A stretch of DNA of 63,144 nucleotides, filler included, from Octopus bimaculoides (lineage: Eukaryota), in assembly GCF_001194135.2 (NCBI RefSeq). It is 4 parts of 4 records of this genome, joined end to end, with 100 filler letters (N's around TTAATTAATTAA, not from the genome) between each part and the next. Parts side by side here need not be neighbours in the genome. Positions count along the whole stretch, not along the records: positions 17,315 to 41,602 come from NC_068983.1; 3 more parts are not named here. One strand, given 5' to 3'. The stretch's first letter is position 1. Every line of letters starts with the position of its first letter. Under the pieces are notes generated by a model. That model saw only the letters and a list, made by a program, of their open reading frames with translations. It was not told where the DNA came from and did not search any database. Both the position numbers and the translations under genes were made by a program. Of this stretch, positions 27,647 through 40,289 are shown in pieces.

Positions 27647-27854
27647 TGGGCCTAACTGTGTGTCTAAAAATTTGCTTCGGTCTCATGATGTCCTGGCCTC
27701 GATCTCACTTGGGCGAGTATATATTTACCATAAACTCGTGTCGATCCAAGAGTTGTGAATGAATTATGGAACATCTAACGGACTGTTAACATAGAATGTA
27801 TCAACAATTTAATAGCCTAGTTTTGTTACACTTGTCACATTGATGCAAACTAAG

Positions 27855-28614
27855 ATTAGCACCAGCAATAACAACAGTACCTCCAGTATTAGCAATATCA
27901 ATAGCAACAGTAGTACCAGTATTAACAACATTAGCATTAGCAACGAGTAACATTAATTAACAACATCAAAGGTAGCACCAGGATTAGCAGCAGCAATAGT
28001 ATCAGCATTTGCAGCGACAATAGAAGTAGCATTAACACCAGCATTAGCACCAATAGTAGCAGCAGGAGAAGCACTAGCATTAGTACCAGCGGTAGCACCA
28101 TCATTAGCGACAGTAGTAGTGCCAGTGGTACCACCAGGAGAAGCACCAGCCTTAGCGCCAGCATTAGTAACAGTATTAGCACCATCATTAGCACCAGTAT
28201 CTGCGCAGGCATTAGCAACCCTTGTTGCACCAGAGGTACCACCAGCATTAGCAACAACAGTAGCACCAGTAGTACCACAAAGAGGAGTACCAGCATTAGC
28301 ACCAACGGTAGCACCAGCATTAACAACAGCAGTAGTACCAGTGGTACCATTAGCAACAGCAGTGGTACCACCAGGAGAACTACCAGCAGCAGCAGCGGTA
28401 GCACTAGCATTAGCAACAGCAGTAGCATCAGTAGTACCACAAGGAGGAGTACCAGCGTAACCACCAACGGTAGCACAAGCATTAGCAACAGCAGTACACC
28501 AGTGGTACCATCAGGAAAACTACCAGCATTAGCATCAGCGGTAGCACTAGCATTAGCTACAGAGGTAGCACCAGCACTAGCACCAAGATTTGCACCGGCA
28601 TTAGCACCAACAGC
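27855..28614. repeat. Triplet-phased higher-order tandem repeat, unit about 72 nt
   Basis: Recurrent gcattagcaacagcagtagcaccagtggtaccaccaggagaa-like units; triplet phase is kept over about 540 nt. Confidence 0.85.
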
Positions 28615-28927
28615 TGAGTTGAATTGCAGCCCCTCAAGTTGCCTGGTTGTCGTTCGGCGATTGAGACGGTGCAACATTAGAAATAAGATGCAAATTTCTG
28701 ATTTTCCCGTTCGGTCAAAATATGCTTTCGAATCTATCTCGACGACCAGCTGTGACTCTAAAACAAGTCAAAGGAAAAAAAAAAAAAAACAACAACATTG
28801 TCATTATTACCATGAAACAAGAGCCGACACATATATCCATTTCTGCTTCAGTTTAATTTCCAGCCCTTTATTGATTAANNNNNNNNNNNNNNNNNNNNNN
28901 NNNNNNNNNNNNNNNNNNNNNNNNNNN

Positions 28928-28962
<35 letters not shown>

Positions 28963-29827
28963 TAGAGGTTTCATCTGATGCGAGATGATATTAATACTTG
29001 GAAAGAGAACAGTTTATAGCTGAAACGATATTTAACGTTGTTAGAGGACATTGTATGGTCGAAATGGTATTTAATGATATCCCTACATATTGTTAGTATA
29101 TCTCACCTTAATCAACTTTCATATCCATCTTTTGTGGTTGATGAAATAAATACTAGTCAAATAGTGGATCTGCTGTAACTCTATCTCAAATTTGGGTTCA
29201 TACAGTTGTATTAGATGTGGATATTTTTACAGACTAATAATGAATCTTGAAATATGTTTTCTATCGTAGTTGAAGTGAGGTCAGTAGAGGAAGTAAAGAG
29301 ACATGCCCAAGAATACAACAAAAGGAGTATTAATGATTTCGAATCTCGTCTACAACTATTCATAATGGAATTATATCTTTTGCAACTTTGAGAAATGATG
29401 AATGCCATACCATCTTTTAAATCTGTTTTAAGCATAATATATAACAAAAGCGTATAAACTATTTTCTTGAGCCAACGAGGAAGCCTCTAGATAGACGTTA
29501 GGTACTGCTAAAAATAGCAGCTAAAAGGCCTCCTGTCAAATCTATACTTTGTTTTTTAAAAAAGTAAATCGAACAGTGGCTTATGCAGTCTAATAAACAT
29601 TATGCCCGAAACAAGATGGACTGTCATGGCTGGGATGCCTTTGATTATGTATGTCTGTTCATTCAAAACTGATTTGGTTCTAAACAACAGCAAACTATAT
29701 TTTACTTGCACTTTACATTTTGAGAAAGCCATTAGTGTTACACAATCTTATTTCCCTTCCTTTAAGATACGGTGTATATATGACAGGCCTCCATAATTAT
29801 TCACGCTCTAAGTTGTCCACTAAGCTG

Positions 29828-30158
29828 TGAAGGTGCATGGCTCACTGGTTAGAGCGTCGGGCTTACATTCGTGAGGTTGTAAGTTCGATTCTCGGATCAA
29901 GATGTGTGTTGTGTTCTTGAGCAAGACAATTTATTTCACGTTATTCCAGTTCACTCGTGTAGATATTTTATAAGTTACGACGTCAGTAGTGCCAAGTTGT
30001 ATCTGCCTTTGCCCTTCCTTTGGATAACATCGGTGGCGTGAAGAGGAGAGATTAGTATGAATGGGTGACTGCTGGCTGGTCTTCCACAAACAACCTTGCT
30101 CAGACTTGTACCGAATAAGGTGCAATTCCATAGTCACTTGTGACCGACGGGGGTCTTT
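29828..30158 (+). mobile_element. SINE family D (head gaaggtgcatggctcactggttagagcg)
   Basis: A box tggctcactgg, B box agttcgattc, then cttgagcaagacaatttatttcacg (CORE-like). Confidence 0.8.
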
Positions 30159-31389
30159 AAACTGTCGTTAGGAATACGGATGACCTGAAAGCATAGTAGG
30201 ATATTGAAAAGATAGCATTTGAAGTAACAAATCATACACATACACACACACAGACCCACACAGATGGAACGTAAGCACCCGGAAACATCAGGACAATAAA
30301 TCGAGAGCTTAGTAGTTCATTTACTTTAATAAATCAGTTCAAACACTCATCGCTCCGGTTTCTAATCATGCCGAGGTCATCTATCGTTTCGGGAGTCAAT
30401 ATATAACAAAGTACAAATCCAGAGCAGTGGATTAGTAGACGTGTATTAACGTTTAATTGGTTGCCTTGTATTTTTTCAGGCTCATTAATTTCTGAGTTCA
30501 GATCTCACCGTTGCCTAGTTAGACGGAAGACTTAAATCGTCTCCCGGTTTGACAGTGTCACCTGGTGCCGTGGATGCTTTTAGTTCTGTTACAAGGATTC
30601 TGGCTAGGCTTTCATTTGGAGGGAAGCTATCGTCCACTTTCCCTCTCACCAATCTCAGAGGCCTTGTAAAGGGTCATGAGCGCTGCCTTTCCTTCTGACT
30701 AAAATGGTATTACCAAATAACAGCCGTACTACCCACAAAACAATCACTGTTTATCTTCAGCTCATCGGTAATCGACTAGATCTATCACCAAAACATCGAA
30801 ACCATGACTACCCGTTCTGCGTGGTGGGATATATAAAACAACATTCTCCCAAGTGTTCTGTCCTTCCTAAAAATAACAGAGTGTGGTTTGAAGGAGATTT
30901 GGATGTTTTTCGTTTTCTTTTCGAGCATGTCGAAACTTATATTCTTATCGTTGTTAAGTCACAACGGCAACGAGGACTCGACGAGTCAGCTTGCATTTCC
31001 TGAATTTTAACTTCTCATGTAGGATTTGCAATAGGAAATCCCAAATGGGCATATCTTACTCTTGGATTATAAAATAAGGACCTAGTCAGTAACAGTGAAG
31101 TAACGGAGCAAAGAAGATTAACAATGTAGGAAACTATTTGCTTAAAACTGAACTCTAGATGCATATGTAAGCGTATTTGTCATGCAAATAAGATTTAGAG
31201 TTTAAGAAAACTATATTAGGAATTTAATTAATTAATTCTACATAGGAAATTAGTTTTAGTCTTGCAGAGAAATTGTTTTGGTAGGAGAACCCCAAGAGTA
31301 AACAGAAGGGTGTGTAATAACAAGATTGATCAAGAATTCTAGCCAACTGAATTTCATTAGGCCCGTAAAATTTATATACAAAGAAGTCG

Positions 31390-31767
31390 TGGCACTCCGT
31401 CAGTTACGACGACGAGGGTTCCAGTTGATCCAATCAACGGAATAGCCTGCTTGTGAAATTAATGTGTATGTGGCTGAGCACTCCGCAGACACGTGTACCC
31501 TTAACGTAGTTCTCAGGGAGATTCAGCGTGACTCAGAGTGTGACAAGGCTGGCCCTTTGAAATACAGGTACAACAGAAACATGAACAAAGAGTGAGAGAA
31601 AGTCGTAGTGAAAAAGTACAACAGGGTTCGCTACCATCTACTGCCGGAGCCTCGTGGGGTTTTAGATGTTTTCGCTCAATAAACACTCACAACGCCCGGT
31701 CTGGGAATCGGAACCGCGATCCTACGACTCGAGTCAGCTGCCCTAACCACTGGGCCATTGCGCTTCC
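31390..31767 (-). mobile_element. SINE family C, full length
   Basis: Reverse complement matches 46491-46865 end to end. Confidence 0.93.
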
Positions 31768-31816
31768 ACACAAAGAAGTAGCATGCGTGCGTGTCGTATG
31801 TATCTATGTATACACA

Positions 31817-31862
<46 letters not shown>

Positions 31863-32290
31863 AACAATAATTCTAGGATGGAATTTATAACTATTTAATA
31901 CAGCTATAGCTATGGCATAGCTAGATTGGCCTTCATACTGGCAAGAAGAGATAAACATCCTTCTGCTATTCATCCACTAACACAGTATCGCCTGAAGAAA
32001 TGTATCAATGATAGACAACTGGATGCCCACGGATAATATGGACTATACTGTACTTATCCCAAGGATATTGACTCTGATGTTAAAGTCGTGCGCGTAGCGA
32101 TGTAACAAATATTTATAAATTCCATCTAGAATTATTGTTATGATATTTATCCTACATAATATCGGTATAAGCACGATGCAACCGCGAAAAACTGACTAGC
32201 TAGTCAGTACCATTAGACAGTAAAACAAGTTACTAAAACAACTTACTCATGAATCAAGCCTAAATAACGAAGCTGACAGTGCGCCTGTAA

Positions 32291-32507
32291 TTTGGTTTCA
32301 AATTTTGGCGCAAGGCCAGCAATTTTAGGAGATGGGGTAAGTCGATTGCATCATCGCCAGTGCTCAATCGGTACTTACTTTACCGACCCCGAAAGGATCA
32401 AAGGCAAAGTTGATCTCGGCGAAATTTGACCTCAGAAGGTGGCGACAGACGAAATACCGTTAAGCATTTTACCTGGCGCGCTAACGATTCTGCCAGCTCG
32501 CCGCATT
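32291..32507 (-). mobile_element. SINE family A, full length, possible 8 bp TSD
   Basis: Head gcggcgagctggcagaatcgttagc on the minus strand; gcctgtaa at 32283-32290 and 32513-32520. Confidence 0.88.
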
Positions 32508-32916
32508 GGCTTGCCTGTAACTTACCGCCAGTCTACGATGCTTGCACGTGCTTAGTGGTATGATAAATAAAAAAGGGGCTTTTAAAAAAAATTAGTAAAG
32601 ATCTTTGATTGATTACTCCAGCTATGTTCTAGTTAGTTAGGTCATTAACGAGTTTTTGAGATCCATATCATCTGGTCCTTTCGAATCAATCTCTGCAGCT
32701 GCAACTGGTTTAACAGTCGGAGAGATAAATCTACATACGTACCTATCTACATACCACTGTACTATCTCCCCATCTACATAATTACATACATCCATATATA
32801 CGCACGTGCGTACAATTATAACTGCGTATATACACAGGCGATTACCTGGGTATTCGCAATTACCTTGATTTATATATCTAATTTTTTCTTATCCTCTCCC
32901 TCATTTTCTTTCTTTC

Positions 32917-32962
<46 letters not shown>

Positions 32963-33060
32963 CGTATGTATGTATGCGTGCCTGCCTGTTTGTGCGTAAG
33001 TACGTACTATGTATGTATATATGTGTGTGTGTGTGTGTGTAAGTCTGTATGTATATTATA

Positions 33061-33463
33061 AATCTTCCACTGAGGAGGGACCCGGTTTCCAACAAAGATA
33101 CAAGGTTCCATCTTTGTGTTGTAGTTAACACAGACAAATTTACATTTGCAACTTTAGAAAAGTGTTGCATATTCTTACTGTTCCACTCACAGATTGCACT
33201 TGTAATGTACTTATCAGCCGGTCGATTTCGCTTTCTGGAAATTCCAGTTTATCCAGATTCTCCTTTAAGCATTTACAAACAAAAACTACTGCTCCAATTA
33301 TTATTGGTATGAATATGATTTCATTGTCTGGATACAAAAGCTTGAGGTTTCGAAGTAGATGTTCATATATATCCTCTTTTTCTTTGATTTTCAAAAAGAG
33401 ATATTTATGTCTGCAGGGCAGCTGACCCCTATAATGGTACATACCTTTACCCCTCTGTCCCAA
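33061..33463 (-). mobile_element. 3' end (RLE domain plus 3' UTR) of a non-LTR retrotransposon
   Basis: KIKEKEDIYEHLLRNLKLLYPDNEIIFIPIIIGAVVFV...QSVSGTVRICNTFLKLQM* fits the RLE C-terminal pattern EK..KY..L......PI.IGA.G. Confidence 0.85.
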
Positions 33464-33498
33464 ACAACAATAATGTATGTGTGTATGTATGTATGTAT

Positions 33499-33651
33499 GA
33501 GAGAGCAGTCCTTGTCATCAAAGTGACACTGGGGTAAAATATATGAAGCCCATTATACCCATCATGACTACCCGTCTGATAAGGGTACACCAGGCACACG
33601 CATCACAACCATATGTGCGCGACATGGTGACCTCATATCAAGATAAACAGC
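33499..33651 (-). mobile_element. Second copy of the 8224-8376 repeat, embedded in (TATG)n
   Basis: Reverse-complement homology with 8224-8376; (TATG)n on both sides. Confidence 0.8.
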
Positions 33652-33973
33652 GTATGTATGTATGTATGTATGTATGTATGAAACCAATAATTATTGGATG
33701 TTGAAATATCTTCTGGCTTTGAGGAAAAGAGTTAGTCATTGAGATTTGGTTGTATGTATGTTAAGGATGAGTCTGAGTAACGAAAAGTGCTCGGGGCTAG
33801 TGAAGTCCAACGTTTGGAGCAATAGGAGGACACTAGCTGCACGTTGCTCATGCTATAGATGTGTATGAGGCGATGGTGTTTTGAAAATGAATAGTGTTCG
33901 CGTTTTCTTATTGTCGAAAAAATACAAATTTAATGTTATTAATTACAGGATCAATGTGTTATGTATCAATATG

Positions 33974-34278
33974 TAGGCACAGGCGTGGATGTGTGGAAAG
34001 AAGCTTGATTCCCAACTACGTGGCGCCAGGTTCAGTCCTACTCAGTGGAACATTGGGCAAGTGTCTTCTACTCTAGCCTCGGCCTAACCAAAGACTTGTG
34101 AGTAGAGTTGGTGGACGGGAACTGAAAGAAACCCATCGTATGTATGTGTGTATGTATGTGTCTGTATCTGTGTTTGTCCCCGCCAACGCTTGACAACCGT
34201 TGTTGGTGTGCTTACGTCCCAGTAATCTAGTGGTTCGGCAAAAGGCACAGAAAGAATACGTGCCAGGCTTTAAGTATA
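33974..34278 (+). mobile_element. SINE family B, truncated by a gap
   Basis: taggcacaggcgtggatgtgtgg...ttgggcaagtgtcttctac...gacaacc...cggcaaaag. Confidence 0.88.
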
Positions 34279-34895
34279 NNNNNNNNNNNNNNNNNNNNNN
34301 NNNNNNNNNNNNNNNNNNNNNNNNNNNNNNNNNNNNNNNNNNNNNNNNNNNNNNNNNNNNNNNNNNNNNNNNNNNNNNNNNNNNNNNNNNNNNNNNNNNN
34401 NNNNNNNNNNNNNNNNNNNNNNNNNNNNNNNNNNNNNNNNNNNNNNNNNNNNNNNNNNNNNNNNNNNNNNNNNNNNNNNNNNNNNNNNNNNNNNNNNNNN
34501 NNNNNNNNNNNNNNNNNNNNNNNNNNNNNNNNNNNNNNNNNNNNNNNNNNNNNNNNNNNNNNNNNNNNNNNNNNNNNNNNNNNNNNNNNNNNNNNNNNNN
34601 NNNNNNNNNNNNNNNNNNNNNNNNNNNNNNNNNNNNNNNNNNNNNNNNNNNNNNNNNNNNNNNNNNNNNNNNNNNNNNNNNNNNNNNNNNNNNNNNNNNN
34701 NNNNNNNNNNNNNNNNNNNNNNNNNNNNNNNNNNNNNNNNNNNNNNNNNNNNNNNNNNNNNNNNNNNNNNNNNNNNNNNNNNNNNNNNNNNNNNNNNNNN
34801 NNNNNNNNNNNNNNNNNNNNNNNNNNNNNNNNNNNNNNNNNNNNNNNNNNNNNNNNNNNNNNNNNNNNNNNNNNNNNNNNNNNNNNNNNNNNNNN

Positions 34896-35297
34896 AAGGA
34901 TGAAAGGCAAAGACGATCCCGGCGGAATTTAACGATAGTCTTTTCTGCTCTAGGTACAAGGCCCGAAATTTTTGGGAAGGGGCCCAGTCGATTAGATCGA
35001 CCCCAGTGCGCAACTGGTACTTAATTTATCGACCCTGAAAGGATGAAAGGCAAAGACGATCCCGGCGGAATTTAACGATAGTCTTTTCTGCTCTAGGTAC
35101 AAGGCTTGAAATTTTTGGGAAGGGGCCCAGTTAATTAGAACGACCCCAGTACGCAACCGGTACTCAATTTATCGACCCCGAAAGGATGAAAGGCAAAGTC
35201 AACCTCGGCAGAATTTGAACTCAGGACGTAAAGGTAGACGAAATACCGCTATGCATTTCGCCCGGCGTGCTAACGTTCCTGCCAGTTCGCCGCCTTA
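34896..35297 (-). mobile_element. SINE family A with tandemly reiterated 3' part (143 bp period)
   Basis: aaggatgaaaggcaaag recurs at 34896, 35039 and 35182; complete head at about 35200-35297. Confidence 0.9.
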
Positions 35298-35658
35298 GAA
35301 CGAAAGATAATCGCAAAGCCAATATGAAAACAGCAAGAAGGAATAGCAATAGGGAAGACATTGCAAAAATCTAGGCGCCCTAGGTATATCCGCTCCACAT
35401 TCCTCTCTCCGATTGTATCTCCCTCTCCTCCTCTCGTTGTTATATATATATATATTCTTCCTCGTTAATACTCTCATACCCTTTCTCTGTAATTCGCTGC
35501 CAAACAAACAGCTGGTAGGTTGGAACACCAAGATTCAATCAATAAATGCCATACATAAGCACATGTACACACACACCATTACATATATTACATTTGAGGT
35601 TTATGTGAACAAATATTTACACATACTGAGTAACACACACCGACGCACACACATACAT

Positions 35659-35692
<34 letters not shown>

Positions 35693-35842
35693 AGACACAT
35701 AAACACACACAGTTACATATACATGTATATATATTTTGTACATCTATACATAATTATATGGTCGCAAAGGTACATATTCTCACATCTTGTATGTATGTAT
35801 GTAGAAATGTATTCATGAATACATGTATGTACGTGTAAATAT

Positions 35843-35881
<39 letters not shown>

Positions 35882-36840
35882 NNNNNNNNNNNNNNNNNNN
35901 NNNNNNNNNNNNNNNNNNNNNNNNNNNNNNNNNNNNNNNNNNNNNNNNNNNNNNNNNNNNNNNNNNNNNNNNNNNNNNNNNNNNNNNNNNNNNNNNNNNN
36001 NNNNNNNNNNNNNNNNNNNNNNNNNNNNNNNNNNNNNNNNNNNNNNNNNNNNNNNNNNNNNNNNNNNNNNNNNNNNNNNNNNNNNNNNNNNNNNNNNNNN
36101 NNNNNNNNNNNNNNNNNNNNNNNNNNNNNNNNNNNNNNNNNNNNNNNNNNNNNNNNNNNNNNNNNNNNNNNNNNNNNNNNNNNNNNNNNNNNNNNNNNNN
36201 NNNNNNNNNNNNNNNNNNNNNNNNNNNNNNNNNNNNNNNNNNNNNNNNNNNNNNNNNNNNNNNNNNNNNNNNNNNNNNNNNNNNNNNNNNNNNNNNNNNN
36301 NNNNNNNNNNNNNNNNNNNNNNNNNNNNNNNNNNNNNNNNNNNNNNNNNNNNNNNNNNNNNNNNNNNNNNNNNNNNNNNNNNNNNNNNNNNNNNNNNNNN
36401 NNNNNNNNNNNNNNNNNNNNNNNNNNNNNNNNNNNNNNNNNNNNNNNNNNNNNNNNNNNNNNNNNNNNNNNNNNNNNNNNNNNNNNNNNNNNNNNNNNNN
36501 NNNNNNNNNNNNNNNNNNNNNNNNNNNNNNNNNNNNNNNNNNNNNNNNNNNNNNNNNNNNNNNNNNNNNNNNNNNNNNNNNNNNNNNNNNNNNNNNNNNN
36601 NNNNNNNNNNNNNNNNNNNNNNNNNNNNNNNNNNNNNNNNNNNNNNNNNNNNNNNNNNNNNNNNNNNNNNNNNNNNNNNNNNNNNNNNNNNNNNNNNNNN
36701 NNNNNNNNNNNNNNNNNNNNNNNNNNNNNNNNNNNNNNNNNNNNNNNNNNNNNNNNNNNNNNNNNNNNNNNNNNNNNNNNNNNNNNNNNNNNNNNNNNNN
36801 NNNNNNNNNNNNNNNNNNNATATATATATAAGGTTACATG

Positions 36841-37198
36841 TATAGGCGCAGGAGTGGCTGTGTGGTAAGTAGCTTGCTTACCAACCACATGGTTCCGGGT
36901 TCAGTCCCACTGCGTGTCACCTTGGGCAAGTGTCTTCTACTATGGCCTCGGGCCGACCAAATCCTTGTGAGTGGTAGACGGAAACTGAAAGAAGCCCGTC
37001 GTATATAAGCATATATATATATATGTATGTGTGTGTATATGTTTGACAACCTATGGTGGTGTGTTTACGTTCCCGTAACCTAGCGGTTCGGTAAAGTACT
37101 AGGCTTCCAAAGAATAAGTCCTGGGGTCGATTTGCTCGAAAAGGCGGTGCTCCAGCATGGCCGCAGTCAAATGACTGAAACAAGTAAAAGAGAGTAAA

Positions 37199-37200
<2 letters not shown>
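36841..37200 (+). mobile_element. SINE family B, full length
   Basis: taggcgcaggagtggctgtgtggtaag...ccgggttcagtccc...ccttgggcaagt...gactgaaacaagtaaaagag. Confidence 0.93.
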
Positions 37201-37236
<36 letters not shown>

Positions 37237-37371
37237 ATTAATATTGTGAGTGTATATAAATGTGTCTATATGTATGCGTGTATCTGTATCACTATTCAAG
37301 TAAATGTACACACACATACACACACGCATACATACATACACGCATACACACACAGAGACACACGCACTCAT

Positions 37372-37443
<72 letters not shown>

Positions 37444-37999
37444 GCACAGAGCAAAAGATATCTTCAAGATCTCAGAAATGTTAATTAGAAATTGTTTCCC
37501 TGGAAAGATTGGAATTAAAACAGAAAAGACAGAGATGAAGACAAAGAGACACGTGGAGAGAGAGAGAGAGAGAGTAAAAAAGAGAAAGCGATGGGGAGCA
37601 AGAGAGAGAGGGGCAGAAAGAAGAAAAGAATGAAAGAAAGAGAGGGAGAGGTAGAGAGAGAAAGAGTGAGAACGAGGTGGTTTCTTGAATTACAGTTAAT
37701 TGTAAATTTGTGCTCGATGTAACATTTGGTTTAATCGTTAGTTTTAGCAATAACGATCGTACAGACCAAGCAATAGTTTTTCGCTACTGCGAGACCCCGT
37801 CGTAGTCATTAGTGGCTGATAGGACTATAGCGTGTTGGCTGTGGTTTCTTTTGTTGTTTAGCCCCTGGTCAGTAATGACCGAGGAGACCTTTGAACAAAA
37901 TTACGTTAACAATGGCCAGCACATATTTATGTATGCTAGTTTTCTTTTGGCCGAGTTTTGAAATAACAGTCTCTCGAAGTCCCATATCTTCTATCCTTC

Positions 38000-38338
38000 A
38001 TCATTTATTCGTTTCAGTCATTAGATTGCGACCATGATACGGCATCTCCTTAAAGAATTATAGTTTAACGTATCGAACTCAGTACTTACTTTTGAAGCGT
38101 GGGGCTTATTCTATTTGTATCTCGCTATTTTACGGGGACGTAAACACGCCAACACCGGTTATCAAACACGGTGCCAAAGACACACACGCACATACACATA
38201 CACACGTATATGCATATAATGAGCTTCTTTCTGATTTTGTCTACAAAATCCACTCACAAGGCTTACTTTCCCAAAGTGGGACTGAAACCGGAACCATGTG
38301 GTTGGGAAGCATGCTTCTTATCACGCAACCGCACTTAC
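38000..38338 (-). mobile_element. SINE family B, diverged
   Basis: Reverse complement of family B head and tail. Confidence 0.8.
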
Positions 38339-38964
38339 GCTGTTAATTCGAGGAAATGAAAGAAAGGATAGTTTAATCCTTCATTTTGTTTTTGTATTCC
38401 TACGTTTTATACATCGGAAATTACTGTTCTGAATAATTCTTTTGTTAGTTTGGAGAGATTCCGCTCCATCCGTACCCCACAAAATTTCAGGCCTTGTGCC
38501 TAGAGTAAAAAAGTTTGGAGAGATTTGATTGCTATTTCTAGTTGGCCAAACGGCCATGTAAATGATTCATCGTTGGCAGTAAATGGTTAATTCTTTGATA
38601 ATCAAATTGCGGTTATGAAATGCATATCTACTTTCAGGATAATTATTACATTAGGCATGTTTACAAAACAGCAAATGGGATAAAAGAAATTCAGCATAAG
38701 AATTACCACACGATAAACTAAAAACCAGCGTTGTCGTATGGTATCATTAGTATTAAGGTGTTGATATTAGAATTCAAATTTATTATTATAACTTGCGACA
38801 ACTTTGGAACATATAGCATTTTATAAATGTCCTTTTTTTTTTTCTTTTGAAGTATAAACTTATTAATTTTCGTAGCGTTCTTTCATGATGTCCGATTTGT
38901 TTTCGATACCACTCCTCAGTTAAGGTTGTTTGAAGCGTTACATTGGAACTTACTCGTTACTTTC

Positions 38965-39337
38965 TTACTTGTTTCAGTCATTTGACTGGGGCCATGCTGG
39001 AGCATCGCCTTTGGTCGAGCAAATCGACCCCAGGACTTATTCTTTGTAAGCCTAGTACTTATTCTATCGCTCTCTTTTGCTGAACCGCTATGTTACGGGG
39101 ACGTAAACACACAAGCACCGGTTGTCAAGCGATGATGGGGGGACAAACACACACACACAAACGCACACACATACGTATACATATATACGACGGGCTTCTT
39201 TTCAGTTTCCATCTACCAAATCTACTCGGCCTGAAGCTATAGTAGAAGACACTTGCCCAAGGTGCCACGCAGTGGGACTGAACCCGGAACCATGTGGTTG
39301 GTAAGCAAGCTACTTACCACACATCCACTCCTGCGCC
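38965..39337 (-). mobile_element. SINE family B, full length
   Basis: Reverse complement of 36841-37200. Confidence 0.93.
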
Positions 39338-40247
39338 NNNNNNNNNNNNNNNNNNNNNNNNNNNNNNNNNNNNNNNNNNNNNNNNNNNNNNNNNNNNNNN
39401 NNNNNNNNNNNNNNNNNNNNNNNNNNNNNNNNNNNNNNNNNNNNNNNNNNNNNNNNNNNNNNNNNNNNNNNNNNNNNNNNNNNNNNNNNNNNNNNNNNNN
39501 NNNNNNNNNNNNNNNNNNNNNNNNNNNNNNNNNNNNNNNNNNNNNNNNNNNNNNNNNNNNNNNNNNNNNNNNNNNNNNNNNNNNNNNNNNNNNNNNNNNN
39601 NNNNNNNNNNNNNNNNNNNNNNNNNNNNNNNNNNNNNNNNNNNNNNNNNNNNNNNNNNNNNNNNNNNNNNNNNNNNNNNNNNNNNNNNNNNNNNNNNNNN
39701 NNNNNNNNNNNNNNNNNNNNNNNNNNNNNNNNNNNNNNNNNNNNNNNNNNNNNNNNNNNNNNNNNNNNNNNNNNNNNNNNNNNNNNNNNNNNNNNNNNNN
39801 NNNNNNNNNNNNNNNNNNNNNNNNNNNNNNNNNNNNNNNNNNNNNNNNNNNNNNNNNNNNNNNNNNNNNNNNNNNNNNNNNNNNNNNNNNNNNNNNNNNN
39901 NNNNNNNNNNNNNNNNNNNNNNNNNNNNNNNNNNNNNNNNNNNNNNNNNNNNNNNNNNNNNNNNNNNNNNNNNNNNNNNNNNNNNNNNNNNNNNNNNNNN
40001 NNNNNNNNNNNNNNNNNNNNNNNNNNNNNNNNNNNNNNNNNNNNNNNNNNNNNNNNNNNNNNNNNNNNNNNNNNNNNNNNNNNNNNNNNNNNNNNNNNNN
40101 NNNNNNNNNNNNNNNNNNNNNNNNNNNNNNNNNNNNNNNNNNNNNNNNNNNNNNNNNNNNNNNNNNNNNNNNNNNNNNNNNNNNNNNNNNNNNNNNNNNN
40201 NNNNNNNNNNNNNNNNNNNNNNNNNNNNNNNNNNNNNNNNNNNNNNN

Positions 40248-40282
<35 letters not shown>

Positions 40283-40289
40283 CTGTGTG

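Noticed and set aside
27855-28614. CRISPR-like periodicity
   Set aside because: Units are degenerate and contiguous with no unique spacers, in a eukaryotic context with no cas genes.
29211-29447. Short protein-like frames (plus MFSIVVEVRSVEEVKRHAQEYNKRSINDFESRLQLF...; 78 aa minus ORF)
   Set aside because: No convincing paired splice sites and no recognisable motif.
32242-32290. Minus-strand mini-exon (ttacag|...tga|gtaagt)
   Set aside because: The acceptor is formed at a SINE junction/TSD, and the frame compatible with the upstream candidate exon ends in a stop.
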